DNA of 64,000 nt from positions 69,231 through 133,230 of IMG/VR virus record IMGVR_UViG_3300040801_004519. The stretch is one strand, 5' to 3'. The notes under the pieces were generated by a model that was not told where the DNA came from, made no database searches, and worked only from the letters and a program-made list of their open reading frames with translations. The DNA comes from a virus. Taxonomy: Duplodnaviria > Heunggongvirae > Uroviricota > Caudoviricetes. Shown here piece by piece: positions 1-10,433 of this stretch (position 1 is the stretch's first letter; every line of letters begins with the position of its first letter). A program made the position numbers and the translations under genes.

Positions 1-56
1 GTATTGCGAGGAAAGGTCGTGGTTTCTTTATACCTGATGAAACTAGTTGCCAACTC

Positions 57-320
57 TTGTTGCACAGATACCCAAACAAGGTTGTAGATTGGAAGAACAA
101 TGCGTCCTGTCGTTACGATGATGTAGAGGAAGAGAGCGTGAAGCTTATTCACTATCATGGCAGGAAGCACTGTAGGGCTGGTGATCCAATGCCTTTTCAT
201 GGAGAGAAGTGGGTCAACCTTTACCGAGAAGTATTCGATAAGAATATAGCGGGAATTCAAGATTGGAGTCCTGGGGGTGATCGCCATTTAAAGCGATACT
301 TGAAGACAAATTCGATATAA
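57..320 (+). CDS. hypothetical protein (TTG start in ORF track; may be the 3' part of a gene starting upstream of the window)
   Basis: ORF track; the frame is open back to the window start; no recognisable motif. Confidence 0.3.
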   Translation: MLHRYPNKVVDWKNNASCRYDDVEEESVKLIHYHGRKHCRAGDPMPFHGEKWVNLYREVFDKNIAGIQDWSPGGDRHLKRYLKTNSI

Positions 321-331
321 AGGGGAGTTGT

Positions 332-910
332 ATGATGGGAGAAGTATTCTTAGGTATCGACCCAGGATTCACTGGGTACATCGTTCTAATCGATGATCAG
401 GGGAACTACCTCGAACGATTTAAAACACCCTGCATAGTTGAAAAGAAATCTATCAAGAGAAACAAAGATAAGTACAACAAGAAAGGAAAGTTGGTGTGGA
501 AGAAAGGTCATATATCTACTAAGACATCAACTGTGCTTGACGAGGAACAAATTGTCGAGTATCTTTCAAATCTGATTGATCGATTCTCAAAAATAAATAT
601 TTGCATAGAGAAGCAGCACGCTATTACGGGACAAGGGCTGGCTAGCACTGCAAAAAATATGTACGGCTTTGGTTTTTGGGTAGGAGTTTCTCGTGCCCTC
701 GGATTTAACACGCATGTTATTTCCGCTGTAGATTGGCAGAAAGAATTTTCAGACGAGTCGATTGAGGACAAGAAAGAAGCTTCAATCGATTCTGTTACTT
801 CTTGGAACAAGGATATTTGCCTAAAGAAGACGAAAAGATCAAAGAAGGCAGATCATAATTTGGCTGATGCGATTAACATTGCGCGGTATACTTACTTAAT
901 TTGTAAATAA
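332..910 (+). CDS. RuvC-like Holliday junction resolvase
   Basis: N-terminal LGIDPGFTGY motif typical of the RuvC/YqgF RNase H-fold (catalytic Asp in GIDPG); size 192 aa. Confidence 0.55.
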   Translation: MMGEVFLGIDPGFTGYIVLIDDQGNYLERFKTPCIVEKKSIKRNKDKYNKKGKLVWKKGHISTKTSTVLDEEQIVEYLSNLIDRFSKINICIEKQHAITGQGLASTAKNMYGFGFWVGVSRALGFNTHVISAVDWQKEFSDESIEDKKEASIDSVTSWNKDICLKKTKRSKKADHNLADAINIARYTYLICK

Positions 911-922
911 AGGTGAATTCAC

Positions 923-1687
923 ATGGCAGGCGGACGAAAAAGCAAAGAATCTAGGCAAGAGCAAAGTCGCAGAGAAAGAGAAGAGATTGCAAATATACAG
1001 CAGTCATTCTCAATGAACCTTGACGATGCATATACCCGTGTTATGGCCAAGAAGGCTGGCGTTGATCTTCCCGTAGGTCACCCTGGTAACACGCTGCACG
1101 AGAAGCCACTTGGCCATGATGAGCATGGGAACCCCGTTTTTAACGAGCAACTTAACTGGGATAGTGTCTTAACACAGTTGGGTAAGGCTCCCAGAGAACA
1201 ACAGCCTGCAACTACACAAAAGGTAGCCAGTAATATGAATCCACAACAGTACTTTCAACCACGTCAGCCTCCAACAATTTCTCTTGCAGTAGAGAAGAAG
1301 ACAGCAGAGGCCTTTAAGCCGGTTATCGATGAATTGAGCAGATACAAATTCGCTTCTGGAGAGAAAAAGCTTAGTCAAGTCGTAACTGCAATCAGGGAGA
1401 CTATGCAAAAGTTTGCTATTCAGGAAGTTGCAAAAATAACTAAAGAGCACTACTCGAATGCGGAAAGATTTCAGTATATTGACAACGGCGTACGAGTCAC
1501 ATTTTCACTTGACGATAAGGTAAAGGTTGCTGTAAAAGTTGCTGGTGCCTTTAGGGGTGATGAAATTATCTGCTTAGAAAGGAATGGAGACGAGGCTTCA
1601 GCTTACGTGCTTCGATCAGAAGGGAGTGGCTTTACAGATATATCTGATGGATTTGAACTTGGACTAGAGGCAATAGGAAGCAAATGA
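923..1687 (+). CDS. hypothetical protein
   Basis: 254-aa ORF packed in the + strand gene string; no recognised motif. Confidence 0.4.
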   Translation: MAGGRKSKESRQEQSRREREEIANIQQSFSMNLDDAYTRVMAKKAGVDLPVGHPGNTLHEKPLGHDEHGNPVFNEQLNWDSVLTQLGKAPREQQPATTQKVASNMNPQQYFQPRQPPTISLAVEKKTAEAFKPVIDELSRYKFASGEKKLSQVVTAIRETMQKFAIQEVAKITKEHYSNAERFQYIDNGVRVTFSLDDKVKVAVKVAGAFRGDEIICLERNGDEASAYVLRSEGSGFTDISDGFELGLEAIGSK

Positions 1688-2070
1688 ACTGGTACAAGAT
1701 AGCAACGCCACTTGTTGAAGACTTTGAGTCCAGAAATAGGCTCAATTCGCAAATCGAGTCTCTTAAAGAGACATCGATCATACTGGACCATTTGTCAAAG
1801 ATGGTCTTTCAGAGTGGAAGCATCGCCAGAGAGAAGCTGGCTGAAGTTGCTAACGATAAGAAGCTGAGCAGTTTTCCATTCATCGAACAAACGCTCTCTG
1901 AGGCGATCAAGGCTTGTCTGGATAGCCCACACAGGTCTTCTTCTCTTATTAAGAGTGCTGTTTCTGATATAGTTCTAAAGATTGATGATCTAGAGCACCA
2001 ACGACATGAGTTTGTTGAAGGCTTGAATGGAAACAATGACAGATATTGGGGATGGGTAGAAGAGGACTAA
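1684..2070 (+). CDS. hypothetical protein
   Basis: ATGA overlap with the upstream gene (translational coupling); 128 aa. Confidence 0.4.
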   Translation: MNWYKIATPLVEDFESRNRLNSQIESLKETSIILDHLSKMVFQSGSIAREKLAEVANDKKLSSFPFIEQTLSEAIKACLDSPHRSSSLIKSAVSDIVLKIDDLEHQRHEFVEGLNGNNDRYWGWVEED

Positions 2071-2735
2071 CAATGAGTAATATTGAGAAAACCAGCTTGC
2101 CAGAGAAGGTCTCCAAAGAGTATCAGTACGAAGACATCTTCGATATGGCAGATTCCATTAGCGGTGATGATGCCAAGATCGTTCCGCAATGTAAACTTTG
2201 CAACTCAGAACATAGGGCAGAAGCAGAGGAGTATTGGCTACAAAAGAGGCGCAACGTATCGGCAGTCGTCCGATTCCTAAATGATCGCGATGAGTTCATT
2301 ACAGACAAGGCGATTAAGAATCACCTTGAAAATCATTTTATGCCACAGCAGGCAGCAATAAAAGTAAAGAATTACACTGAACGCCTTAAGATGTACAGTG
2401 CTGTCAAAAGAAGCCAACTTACTGATTTAGCACTTCTTCGTGACATTCTAATGAAATCGATTCTTGAGATTGGGTCAGAGGCCGATTCCCTTCCAGTAAT
2501 CGAAAGAGCGAAACTGGTTGAACTCCAGAGCAAATTGATGGCGCAGTTCGTTTCAATCGGTTCTGCTGAAAGAACAATTCAAGAAGATTGGAAGCCAGCA
2601 GACATGATGGTTGAAAAACTTGAAGAGGTAATTACCAATGAGATGGAAAAAGCTGATGATCAGACTAAGGGCGCGTTGGTCCGCTTGATGAATACATTCT
2701 GGAACGGTCTAGAAGGCGAAGCTTTCGAGAGATAA
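2046..2735 (+). CDS. hypothetical protein (CxxC near N-terminus)
   Basis: 229-aa ORF; CKLCNSEH motif; no family recognised. Confidence 0.4.
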   Translation: MGMGRRGLTMSNIEKTSLPEKVSKEYQYEDIFDMADSISGDDAKIVPQCKLCNSEHRAEAEEYWLQKRRNVSAVVRFLNDRDEFITDKAIKNHLENHFMPQQAAIKVKNYTERLKMYSAVKRSQLTDLALLRDILMKSILEIGSEADSLPVIERAKLVELQSKLMAQFVSIGSAERTIQEDWKPADMMVEKLEEVITNEMEKADDQTKGALVRLMNTFWNGLEGEAFER

Positions 2736-2846
2736 CATGAAACAAATAGACACAACAAAGAAGGCAACACCATCGCCCAAGCCCAAAAAGAAGGGATGTG
2801 GGTGCAGTAGGACAAAGAAGAAGCAGAAAAAGAGTAACAAAAGATA

Positions 2847-3830
2847 ATGAATTTTACTTGGACCAAAGCTTCTTCCACGATTGAGTCTGCTTACCACAAG
2901 TTCACTGGCAGAGAACTTAACAAGCATGACTTGCATGATATATTGCGGGCCATCCCGACGTATCGTGCTTTGGCAAGAAGGTTGCAGTCTGATCCAGGAC
3001 GTGTATGCCGTCTCATGTTCGCAGAGAAGAACACGTATTCTTCTTGGCACCACCCCTGCGATGTTTCTGAACTAAGATACTCCTTGTCGTCTGGAGTTCT
3101 CCAGTGGCACGCACCAATGATTCTGTTTTCTCCGAAAACGGCATTGTCTCTTGTCCCAGAATACCCCGTTTGCTTAGAGATCGATAGGCCCGCTGCCGCT
3201 CGCGGCGTAGAACTGGGTGGAGTGCTCCTCCTTCAATCAAGTCGATTGAACCTTCGTAACAGTGTAAAGAGGATTCTCGTGAGAGATTATTTGAGCAAGA
3301 AGCAGTTGCGAGAGATCGAATCCATATCAAGAGAGACATTGGGAAATGTTCCAGTAAATCTTATGACAGGACTTCCAGGCCTCGATCCTGTTCGACAGCG
3401 AGAGATTCGGTTTCGAAGGTTTGCGAGCTTAAATAACGAAGAATCATTAATGCAAGATTCTGTTCCCAACTGGTATGGCAATTTAAAGGTATCTTACGGA
3501 CCTTCTGAAACATTTCACAAAAATACATTGATCGGGGAACAACCAAAACTTCCTGATCCTGATGTTTATTCGCTAAAACGCTCTGATCCGTCAACACCCT
3601 CTAATTTCGAGCGTGGAGACAGGGTTGCGTATCGATATACTAATGTGAGACTGCCTTCCTCTGCGGAAACCCGCGATATTCCAATGACACGATCTATGAC
3701 TCAGCAGCCTCCAACCGGAGTTGTGGTTGGTGTTGACGAAAAACACATTCATGTACGTTGGCACAATGAATCGAAGATTCAGAGGGTACCCGTTCGAGCA
3801 GGCGTTTTCCTTGTAAAGGTTCCTGACTAA
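2847..3830 (+). CDS. hypothetical protein
   Basis: 327-aa ORF; no family recognised. Confidence 0.4.
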   Translation: MNFTWTKASSTIESAYHKFTGRELNKHDLHDILRAIPTYRALARRLQSDPGRVCRLMFAEKNTYSSWHHPCDVSELRYSLSSGVLQWHAPMILFSPKTALSLVPEYPVCLEIDRPAAARGVELGGVLLLQSSRLNLRNSVKRILVRDYLSKKQLREIESISRETLGNVPVNLMTGLPGLDPVRQREIRFRRFASLNNEESLMQDSVPNWYGNLKVSYGPSETFHKNTLIGEQPKLPDPDVYSLKRSDPSTPSNFERGDRVAYRYTNVRLPSSAETRDIPMTRSMTQQPPTGVVVGVDEKHIHVRWHNESKIQRVPVRAGVFLVKVPD

Positions 3831-4357
3831 TGTGGTACGCTAAATTCAATAAATCTATTGAGTCTGGATTAGCCAAGGCCGCTCAAGCTAGACGAACCTC
3901 TTTTCCTCATTTTGCCAAGTCGGCTCTTCGAGCATCGCCTTTCGTACGCAAGATGTTTAGCGCTCATGGAGTGTCATTCACTGAACTTGCGCGACTGGAA
4001 ATTATTGTGGATGACCTTCCCGACTCTTGTTCTGCATTTGACGGTGAAAGAATAGTCATAGATCGAAAGACTGTCGCACAAGGTTATGATGCTGCGATGC
4101 CGTTTCTTATCCACGAACTAATGCACTTCCTGACAGATAAGGCAGAAGATGCAGACTACTTTTCTGATCCAGAAGAAAGAAGGGCGCTGGTTTGGTCTAT
4201 CGCTTATAGGCTCCAGCACGGGGTCGAATTGGATCAAATCGATCAGGAATTCCGTCCACTTGTTGAGCCACACTGTGATTCACCTTCAGAAGCGTCTTTG
4301 ATACTTCTAAGAGCAGCAAGACGAGCCTACAAGCTACTAGGTTTATTAAAGCGATAA
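3830..4357 (+). CDS. hypothetical protein with HExxH motif (possible small zinc metallopeptidase)
   Basis: LIHELMHFL contains an HExxH signature; start overlaps the previous stop (TAATG). Confidence 0.35.
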   Translation: MWYAKFNKSIESGLAKAAQARRTSFPHFAKSALRASPFVRKMFSAHGVSFTELARLEIIVDDLPDSCSAFDGERIVIDRKTVAQGYDAAMPFLIHELMHFLTDKAEDADYFSDPEERRALVWSIAYRLQHGVELDQIDQEFRPLVEPHCDSPSEASLILLRAARRAYKLLGLLKR

Positions 4358-4360
4358 GTC

Positions 4361-4648
4361 TTATCGAGATATCGACTCTGCTGCCTCTGAAAGTTCTTTC
4401 AGAAAAGACTTCTCTGGTTTCCTATTTACCTCAATGAACATGTCAATTAGGTCTTCATACCTCTTACTGGTAGGCGTGTAAAGAGCTATTTCTTCACCAA
4501 GGCTTCCTTTCAGATACTCTATTGCTTCGTTGTGAAAACTTATGATCTTTGCGTCACCTGATCTTGAAGATTGCCAACTAAGATATTCTTCTGCTTCTTC
4601 CTCGAATCGCACGATGAGTGACACTTGATATTTATTTAACTTTCTCAC
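4361..4648 (-). CDS. hypothetical protein (lone minus-strand ORF)
   Basis: 95-aa ORF; AGAGGTG Shine-Dalgarno-like sequence just upstream on the minus strand; divergent from the 4769 gene. Confidence 0.35.
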   Translation of the reverse strand: MRKLNKYQVSLIVRFEEEAEEYLSWQSSRSGDAKIISFHNEAIEYLKGSLGEEIALYTPTSKRYEDLIDMFIEVNRKPEKSFLKELSEAAESISR

Positions 4649-4768
4649 GATACACCTCTAGTTGTATTTTACCCGTAAAAACTAACCTGCACCTCCTTGG
4701 TAATATCGTGAACCGTTGGTTTTTGAGACCCTAAAATGTCGATAGAGGTTGCATAGGTAAGGATATTT

Positions 4769-6079
4769 ATGAAATTTGAGATCACCGCAAAAGGCTTGTT
4801 GGATGGCATTTCACCCGCGAGAACCGTGTCAACCACTGATGCCAGCAAGGATTTTGCTGGAACCGGAAATCTTGTTCTGGAGGCATCTGGAGAAAAACTT
4901 GTAGTGACTGCTAATGGCGGCAGGCTTGCAGTAAGAGTAAACGTCGAGTTCATTCCACAAACGAATGATTATAAGGGCGTAGAGGGTGGCAGGTGCGTTG
5001 TTAGAGCCGCAGATATTGTTACTGCCTTAGAGTCGTTCCCACATGATGCGATGCTGGTCGTGAGCCTTGGAGATTCACAGGCTAAAACTGCGCCAGAAGA
5101 TGCTGATGAAAAGGAGAAGATGTTCTATGAAGCCCTTGCTGGCAGCGATCTTCAAATCTCTCTGAAATCTGACCCCGATCAGATTCAGACCATGCCAACG
5201 ATCATATCTGAAATTCAGTTCCCAGCCCTGCCTTCTACGCCGAGGCAGTCAGTAACCGTGTCTGCTTCATCGTTTGTGAGAGGCATGAAAAAAGTCCTGT
5301 TTGCAGGTGGATTTATGGAAAGCAAGCCCAAGTTTCTCTATTGGGTCTTACGAGCAGGTAAAGAATCTGTAAGATATGTTGCTGGATCAGGGTCACGATT
5401 TGCAATTTTAGATCAGGAGGGAAATCTTTCCGATGTTTCGGATGATACCGATATCCTGATGCCTGTTGCCCAGAGCAGTATCGTCTTGAAGGCAATATCT
5501 TCAACCTCTGCTGACAATGTTGTTGTAAATCAATATGGAGATAAAATTGAATTTGTTGTAGGACATCTAACATTTATTGCAATGGGCTTGATTGAAGATA
5601 TCAAGTGGATTGACGAAAATAGCATTTACGAGAGAAAAAGCTTGCACCGCTTAGTCCTAGCGAAGAAAGATATTGAATTCGCAATGAAGGGTGTTGTTGC
5701 AGCCGAAAGCGATATCGATAAAAAGAGAAGCGCTATCCATGTTGTAACTTTGTCTCTTGATCCCTCAGCAAGCAAAGTTGTTGTGAGCAGCGACAGGACC
5801 GCCAAGAAGTCCGTTCGAAAAATTGATGTTCTTGCTCATAATGGCCCGAATGATTCAGTTGAGTTCTCAGCGGCAGCAACCCTTTTGCTTGATATTGTTA
5901 AAGAATGTGACTCACAAAACGTGCAGCTTGAAATCGAATCCTCTTCCAAACCCCTCGTTGTGAGAGGCCATGCTTCAAATGATGTAGAAGAACCTGAAAA
6001 GCTCAAGAACAAGCATGACTCAACAGGTGCTACTGAAATGTTTGGTATGCTGATCAGTTCGCGACAAAAATCATCATGA
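4769..6079 (+). CDS. DNA polymerase sliding clamp (beta-clamp/DnaN-like) candidate
   Basis: N-terminus MKFEITAKGLLDGI resembles DnaN starts (MKFTI..LL); repeated domain-start-like segments with G-x-G-x-R-L/F-A-I motifs (ANGGRLAV, GSGSRFAIL) resembling the TDGHRLA/TDSHRLA beta-clamp motif; longer than canonical beta (436 aa). Confidence 0.4.
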   Translation: MKFEITAKGLLDGISPARTVSTTDASKDFAGTGNLVLEASGEKLVVTANGGRLAVRVNVEFIPQTNDYKGVEGGRCVVRAADIVTALESFPHDAMLVVSLGDSQAKTAPEDADEKEKMFYEALAGSDLQISLKSDPDQIQTMPTIISEIQFPALPSTPRQSVTVSASSFVRGMKKVLFAGGFMESKPKFLYWVLRAGKESVRYVAGSGSRFAILDQEGNLSDVSDDTDILMPVAQSSIVLKAISSTSADNVVVNQYGDKIEFVVGHLTFIAMGLIEDIKWIDENSIYERKSLHRLVLAKKDIEFAMKGVVAAESDIDKKRSAIHVVTLSLDPSASKVVVSSDRTAKKSVRKIDVLAHNGPNDSVEFSAAATLLLDIVKECDSQNVQLEIESSSKPLVVRGHASNDVEEPEKLKNKHDSTGATEMFGMLISSRQKSS

Positions 6080-6095
6080 TATTTATTACTTTTAT

Positions 6096-6854
6096 GTGAA
6101 GAACTGGGATATACAGAATAGATATATGAGGAAAGCTAATGACTTGTCGGGCAATAAATATGGTCTTTTGATCGTCAAAAGTTTACAGAAAAGAACTAGT
6201 AAGGATTCATTTTGGAATTGCCTTTGTGATTGTGGAACTTTGTGCAAAGTGAGTGGGTCTCACCTGAGAAGAAGGAAGAACCCAACAAAGAGTTGTGGTT
6301 GTTTAAGGTCAAAGTTTATTGACATCTCAGGAAAGAGATTCGGCTCTCTTGTCGCGTTAGATCATACTTTTCGAAACTATGATGGTCACAGAAAAGCAAT
6401 CTGGCGTTGCAGATGCGATTGCGGAAATGAAACCCAATCAACGTGTTCAAATTTAAAGAGAGGAATATCTACTTCTTGTGGTTGCTCTAGAGTACTACCC
6501 AATAACCTTGCACCTAAGAATCAGTTATTTGGTAGATACAAGAGAGCAGCAGGTAACGCTGAAAGGGCCTTTAGTTTAAGTTTTGAATCATTTTGCGAAA
6601 TGATAGAAATGAGTTGCTTTTATTGCGGATTGGAGCCATCATCTGTCCTGGACCAAACTTCAGGAAGCTGGCACTCTGATTTTCGCTATAACGGGATTGA
6701 TCGTGTTGACAATTCACGAGGTTACATCGATGACAATGTAATACCATGCTGTAGTGCTTGCAATATGGCAAAGGGATTTAGTTCTTTCGAAGATTTCAAT
6801 GAGTGGCTCGATAGAGTCGCGAAGCATAGGTCAGGGGGAACACATGTCTGCTGA
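6096..6854 (+). CDS. HNH endonuclease (homing-endonuclease-like)
   Basis: Cys-rich N-terminal repeats (CLCDCG, CRCDCG) and C-terminal GIDRVDNSRGYIDDNVIPCCSACNMAKG, the HNH_3-type motif. Confidence 0.5.
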   Translation: MKNWDIQNRYMRKANDLSGNKYGLLIVKSLQKRTSKDSFWNCLCDCGTLCKVSGSHLRRRKNPTKSCGCLRSKFIDISGKRFGSLVALDHTFRNYDGHRKAIWRCRCDCGNETQSTCSNLKRGISTSCGCSRVLPNNLAPKNQLFGRYKRAAGNAERAFSLSFESFCEMIEMSCFYCGLEPSSVLDQTSGSWHSDFRYNGIDRVDNSRGYIDDNVIPCCSACNMAKGFSSFEDFNEWLDRVAKHRSGGTHVC

Positions 6855-7968
6855 TTTTAATAAAGCGTGGCTTTCAGGTAGCAAGAGGAATCGAAAGTCA
6901 AAGCTCGATTCGCTGATAAAACTTCTTGCCCCTTCTGAGATAATCGAAATTGACAATACCTCTTCTGTTCGAGACTTGGATGAGGCCGTGAACGATGGCG
7001 ATATGTTTTCTGGAAGCCGTCTTGTGATCGTCAAGGGCATGCCAGAGATGGAAAGCACTCGTCCCAAGTATGTTAAGGAAATCAAGAAAATTGTAGATCG
7101 TATCCCAGATGGATGTTTTTTGCTTTTCTATGGCATTGAGCCATCAGATGAAAAGGCCATAAGCGATCACATAAAAAAGCTAGATGGAAAAATACTTGCT
7201 TTTGGTAGAGAGGGCAACCGATCCGAAGCCAAGGCTGAGTTTGGGGCAGTATTATCTGAATTTGGGAAATACTCAGATGACGAGAATGCGATTGGAGTTG
7301 CAATTGATTTGCTTCCTTCTGAGAAGGGACAATACAATCTAGACCTTGTAGCACTTGAAGCAGAAAAGTTTGCCTTATGGCTGGGAAGAATAAAGAAATT
7401 TGATACCGAGAACATAAGGTTTGTTCTTGAGTCACTTGATACCGGACTTTGGGATTTTCTTGATACTTTGGATTCTCAAGACTTCAAGAGAATATATACT
7501 GATGCTCAAAATCTGATTAAGCAAGACAAATATGGAGTTTCTACTGCGATACCCAAAATATTGTCAATCTGTTTAAATAAGTTCCGCTTATTGATGTTTC
7601 TTTCAGAGTCTACGTCAACCGGAAACACCCAAGCTCAGGCTATTGATGCTGCTTGTGGCCTCACTAGCCTTACGGTAAAAGGCCTAGTTGAAGGTAGGAG
7701 AATTGAATCTGTGTCAAAAGCATATCAATCTTATCGAGTTGCGAAAATGTTTGACCCTCCAAACCCTCCGCTTAAAGCATACTCGCGAGGAACATTAAAG
7801 AATTGCGTTGACTGTTTACAAAGGCTTCTTGAATGTTGTAGATCATTCAACAATGACGCACAACACAAAATGGCTATGGATACATTTCTTCTGTTATTAT
7901 GTGGCAATATCAGTGGTCAAAGCTATAGCATGACGATGAGATATTTAGAAGAGTTTAATCCCGAGTAG
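6844..7968 (+). CDS. hypothetical protein; possible clamp-loader delta-like subunit
   Basis: Start moved from the track's 6754 to the in-frame ATG at 6844 (MSADFNKAWL); segment DMFSGSRLVIVKG loosely resembles HolA; position next to the clamp-like gene. Confidence 0.3.
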   Translation: MSADFNKAWLSGSKRNRKSKLDSLIKLLAPSEIIEIDNTSSVRDLDEAVNDGDMFSGSRLVIVKGMPEMESTRPKYVKEIKKIVDRIPDGCFLLFYGIEPSDEKAISDHIKKLDGKILAFGREGNRSEAKAEFGAVLSEFGKYSDDENAIGVAIDLLPSEKGQYNLDLVALEAEKFALWLGRIKKFDTENIRFVLESLDTGLWDFLDTLDSQDFKRIYTDAQNLIKQDKYGVSTAIPKILSICLNKFRLLMFLSESTSTGNTQAQAIDAACGLTSLTVKGLVEGRRIESVSKAYQSYRVAKMFDPPNPPLKAYSRGTLKNCVDCLQRLLECCRSFNNDAQHKMAMDTFLLLLCGNISGQSYSMTMRYLEEFNPE

Positions 7969-7974
7969 AGAGAC

Positions 7975-8286
7975 ATGAGTAACAAAATGAATTCAGATGA
8001 GTTTAAGGAAGTTCGAGATAAGGTTGCCAGATCATGCGTTTATGTAATTGACCGATGCCACGATTCTATTTTCTCCCGTTCAGAAGATTCCCCGTTAACT
8101 CCAACAGATATGAAGTCCCTCATGGTGACCATGAGGGAAGCCTGGTTCTTGTACTGCGAAAAGTACTCGGAACTTCTTGATGGTGATCTTGACAAACTGA
8201 TGGGCTTGCAAGATGACGACGACGATGACTTTGGAGATGACGGTTTCCAAGACTTTCTTGATGATGATGACGATGAATGGGAGTAA
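7975..8286 (+). CDS. small acidic protein (poly-Asp/Glu C-terminal tail)
   Basis: C-terminal [24 protein letters not shown]. Confidence 0.4.
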   Translation: MSNKMNSDEFKEVRDKVARSCVYVIDRCHDSIFSRSEDSPLTPTDMKSLMVTMREAWFLYCEKYSELLDGDLDKLMGLQDDDDDDFGDDGFQDFLDDDDDEWE

Positions 8287-8291
8287 ATTTA

Positions 8292-9350
8292 ATGACTCAA
8301 GCTGATTACTATAAAACGCTTGGATTATCGCGTTCCGCAACACCGGATGATGTCAAGAAGGCTTATCGTCGTCTTGCCATGAAGCATCATCCCGATAGGA
8401 ATCAAGGCGACAAGTCATCCGAGGATGCGTTTAAGGACATATCAAAAGCATATGAGGTTCTTTCTGATGACAAGAAGCGAACACAGTATGATATGTCGCT
8501 AGACGGAAAAAGACACAGCCCTATATCCGACGTTTGGGATCAACCAAGACACAGTAAGGGTCAGAATCCGATACGAGGAGGTAATATTCAAGTGAATGTA
8601 CCCATCAGCCTTGAAGAGGTCGTATCAGGTGCCAATAAAGTCGTTTCGTACCAAAGAGAAGTCAAATGCGAGGTATGCAATGAGACTGGACTTGGAAACG
8701 AAAAAGAGAGAGAGCATTGTGATCCTTGCAACGGTACTGGCCATATGCTGATGAAAGCAATGGGTGGACAGTTTTCCATCAGGACGCGGTGCGTTCATTG
8801 TGACGGTAACGGCAAAAGAATAAAGCTCGGAGATGAATGTACAAAGTGTAAGGGCACCGGGAGAGCCGTACGTGTGGAAAAACTCAATGTCAAGGTACCC
8901 CCTGGTGCTCACACAGGCCAGGGTATGATATTTCAATTACACGGACACTCTGGTCGATTTGGTGGTGGCTATGGCGATGTCATGGCACTGTTTGAAGTAC
9001 AGAGTCATGAACATTTTGTTCGTAGGGGTGATCATCTTCGTACCACCGTGAAAGTCCCTCTGCATATCGCATGCCTTGGTGGAGAGGTCAATGTACCGAC
9101 ACTTGGAAGCTCGAAGGGGGCTACAGTAAAAATCCCTGAAGGAACACAATTCGGCAATGTCTTAAGGTGCGAAGGGCTTGGGCTTCCCAACAAGAATAAC
9201 TCGATAAAAGGCGATTTGTTCGTAATTACAGAAATTGACATTCCTCAATCTCTTGAAAAAGAGCAAAAAGAAGCAATGATCTCGTTCGCAAACTTAGTAG
9301 ATAAGGATTATAAGTACAATGAAGAAAGCACAGAAGAACAATCAAATTGA
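8292..9350 (+). CDS. dnaJ: DnaJ-like co-chaperone (J domain plus CxxCxGxG zinc finger)
   Basis: DYYKTLGL...[16 protein letters not shown] (J domain with HPD); four CxxCxG repeats ([32 protein letters not shown]); C-terminal substrate-binding-like region; start placed at ATG 8292 (track gives 8277). Confidence 0.85.
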   Translation: MTQADYYKTLGLSRSATPDDVKKAYRRLAMKHHPDRNQGDKSSEDAFKDISKAYEVLSDDKKRTQYDMSLDGKRHSPISDVWDQPRHSKGQNPIRGGNIQVNVPISLEEVVSGANKVVSYQREVKCEVCNETGLGNEKEREHCDPCNGTGHMLMKAMGGQFSIRTRCVHCDGNGKRIKLGDECTKCKGTGRAVRVEKLNVKVPPGAHTGQGMIFQLHGHSGRFGGGYGDVMALFEVQSHEHFVRRGDHLRTTVKVPLHIACLGGEVNVPTLGSSKGATVKIPEGTQFGNVLRCEGLGLPNKNNSIKGDLFVITEIDIPQSLEKEQKEAMISFANLVDKDYKYNEESTEEQSN

Positions 9351-9579
9351 CAATTCCAGGTTCACCCTTGGAGTAAAGTTTCTAGACGCTGGACAAACTT
9401 GGCTCGTCACGAAGGAGTTCCAGGACAGCGGATGTGATTTTCGAAGAGTTACCGGCAGTGACGGTACAGATCGCATTATGGAATTATGGATGCTTCAGTA
9501 TGACTCAGACCAGCCGGGTTTTATGTTCTTAGAAGCAACACCTAGCGAGATTGCCATGGCTAAAGCTAGGAAAGATTAG
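9319..9579 (+). CDS. hypothetical protein
   Basis: 86-aa ORF overlapping neighbours in the gene string. Confidence 0.3.
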   Translation: MKKAQKNNQIDNSRFTLGVKFLDAGQTWLVTKEFQDSGCDFRRVTGSDGTDRIMELWMLQYDSDQPGFMFLEATPSEIAMAKARKD

Positions 9580-10069
9580 GAAATTCATTGTGGCTAAAAA
9601 GAAGCAAGCAACTAACGAGAGACTAGCTAGCGTTGTTCGTACTCGACTAGCAATGGATGATGTTTCAGAATCTCTCTACAAATTCTTTAAGATTAATTAC
9701 AAGTATAAAAAAGCAGTCGAGGACAGTAAGGATGTTTCTGATCTAATTGCGATAAACAATAAGCACAAAGAGGCTAAAAAAGCAGTAAGAAGGTCGTTCG
9801 TCAATGTTCTTGCCGAGATCAATAGCATGTCGGATCAGTGGAGTGATGATGCCCTTGGTGAAGCAATATCGCCAATAAAATCTGAAATTGAGTCCTGGAA
9901 TTTAGATAACATCAAGCCTAAGCACGCATCTGAATGGTTCTCTCTGTTTTCTGAACGTCTTTCCGAACTTGAAGAGTTGGGAAATAACTTGAATGGAAGT
10001 CGTCCACGGCAAAAACAGATCAGAAATATTGCGAGCAAACCAATGGGTGATGACTTGAAGCGACCGTAA
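9551..10069 (+). CDS. hypothetical protein
   Basis: 172-aa ORF; no motif. Confidence 0.4.
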   Translation: MPWLKLGKIRKFIVAKKKQATNERLASVVRTRLAMDDVSESLYKFFKINYKYKKAVEDSKDVSDLIAINNKHKEAKKAVRRSFVNVLAEINSMSDQWSDDALGEAISPIKSEIESWNLDNIKPKHASEWFSLFSERLSELEELGNNLNGSRPRQKQIRNIASKPMGDDLKRP

Positions 10070-10139
10070 AGATTTAGTCGATTACTAGAAGGACAAATAT
10101 GTCAAAGCCAGAATATCGAACAGTCAAAAGGACAATAAC

Positions 10140-10433
10140 ATGACAACTTTATGGAGATGCATTATGTGGCGTTTCGTTCAATTTCTAAATAGGTGGCTTT
10201 ACTGCTTCTACAAGTCAGGCACTATCGTAATTCACGGTTCTGGCGAGTATCGGATTTTCACCAGATTCACTCCCGATCAAGTTTGGGCTGAGTTTGATGA
10301 TCCGAATGGAGCCAAAGGCGTGTGTAATGCTGAACCAGACGGCTTTGATATCGATGTGATTCCTCGTGGATTTGTGATTACCGCAAGACTCAACAGTGAT
10401 AAGAGAAAAATTAGGTGGATAGCAATCAAGTAA
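10140..10433 (+). CDS. hypothetical protein
   Basis: 97-aa ORF. Confidence 0.3.
   Translation: MTTLWRCIMWRFVQFLNRWLYCFYKSGTIVIHGSGEYRIFTRFTPDQVWAEFDDPNGAKGVCNAEPDGFDIDVIPRGFVITARLNSDKRKIRWIAIK

Noticed and set aside
508-4953. numerous 60-110-aa antisense ORFs inside longer genes (e.g. 508-810, 1169-1450, 3013-3339, 4669-4953)
   Set aside because: They are fully nested in or opposite to longer, better-supported ORFs in a tightly packed gene string. No RBS or motif support. Treated as shadow ORFs here and throughout the window.
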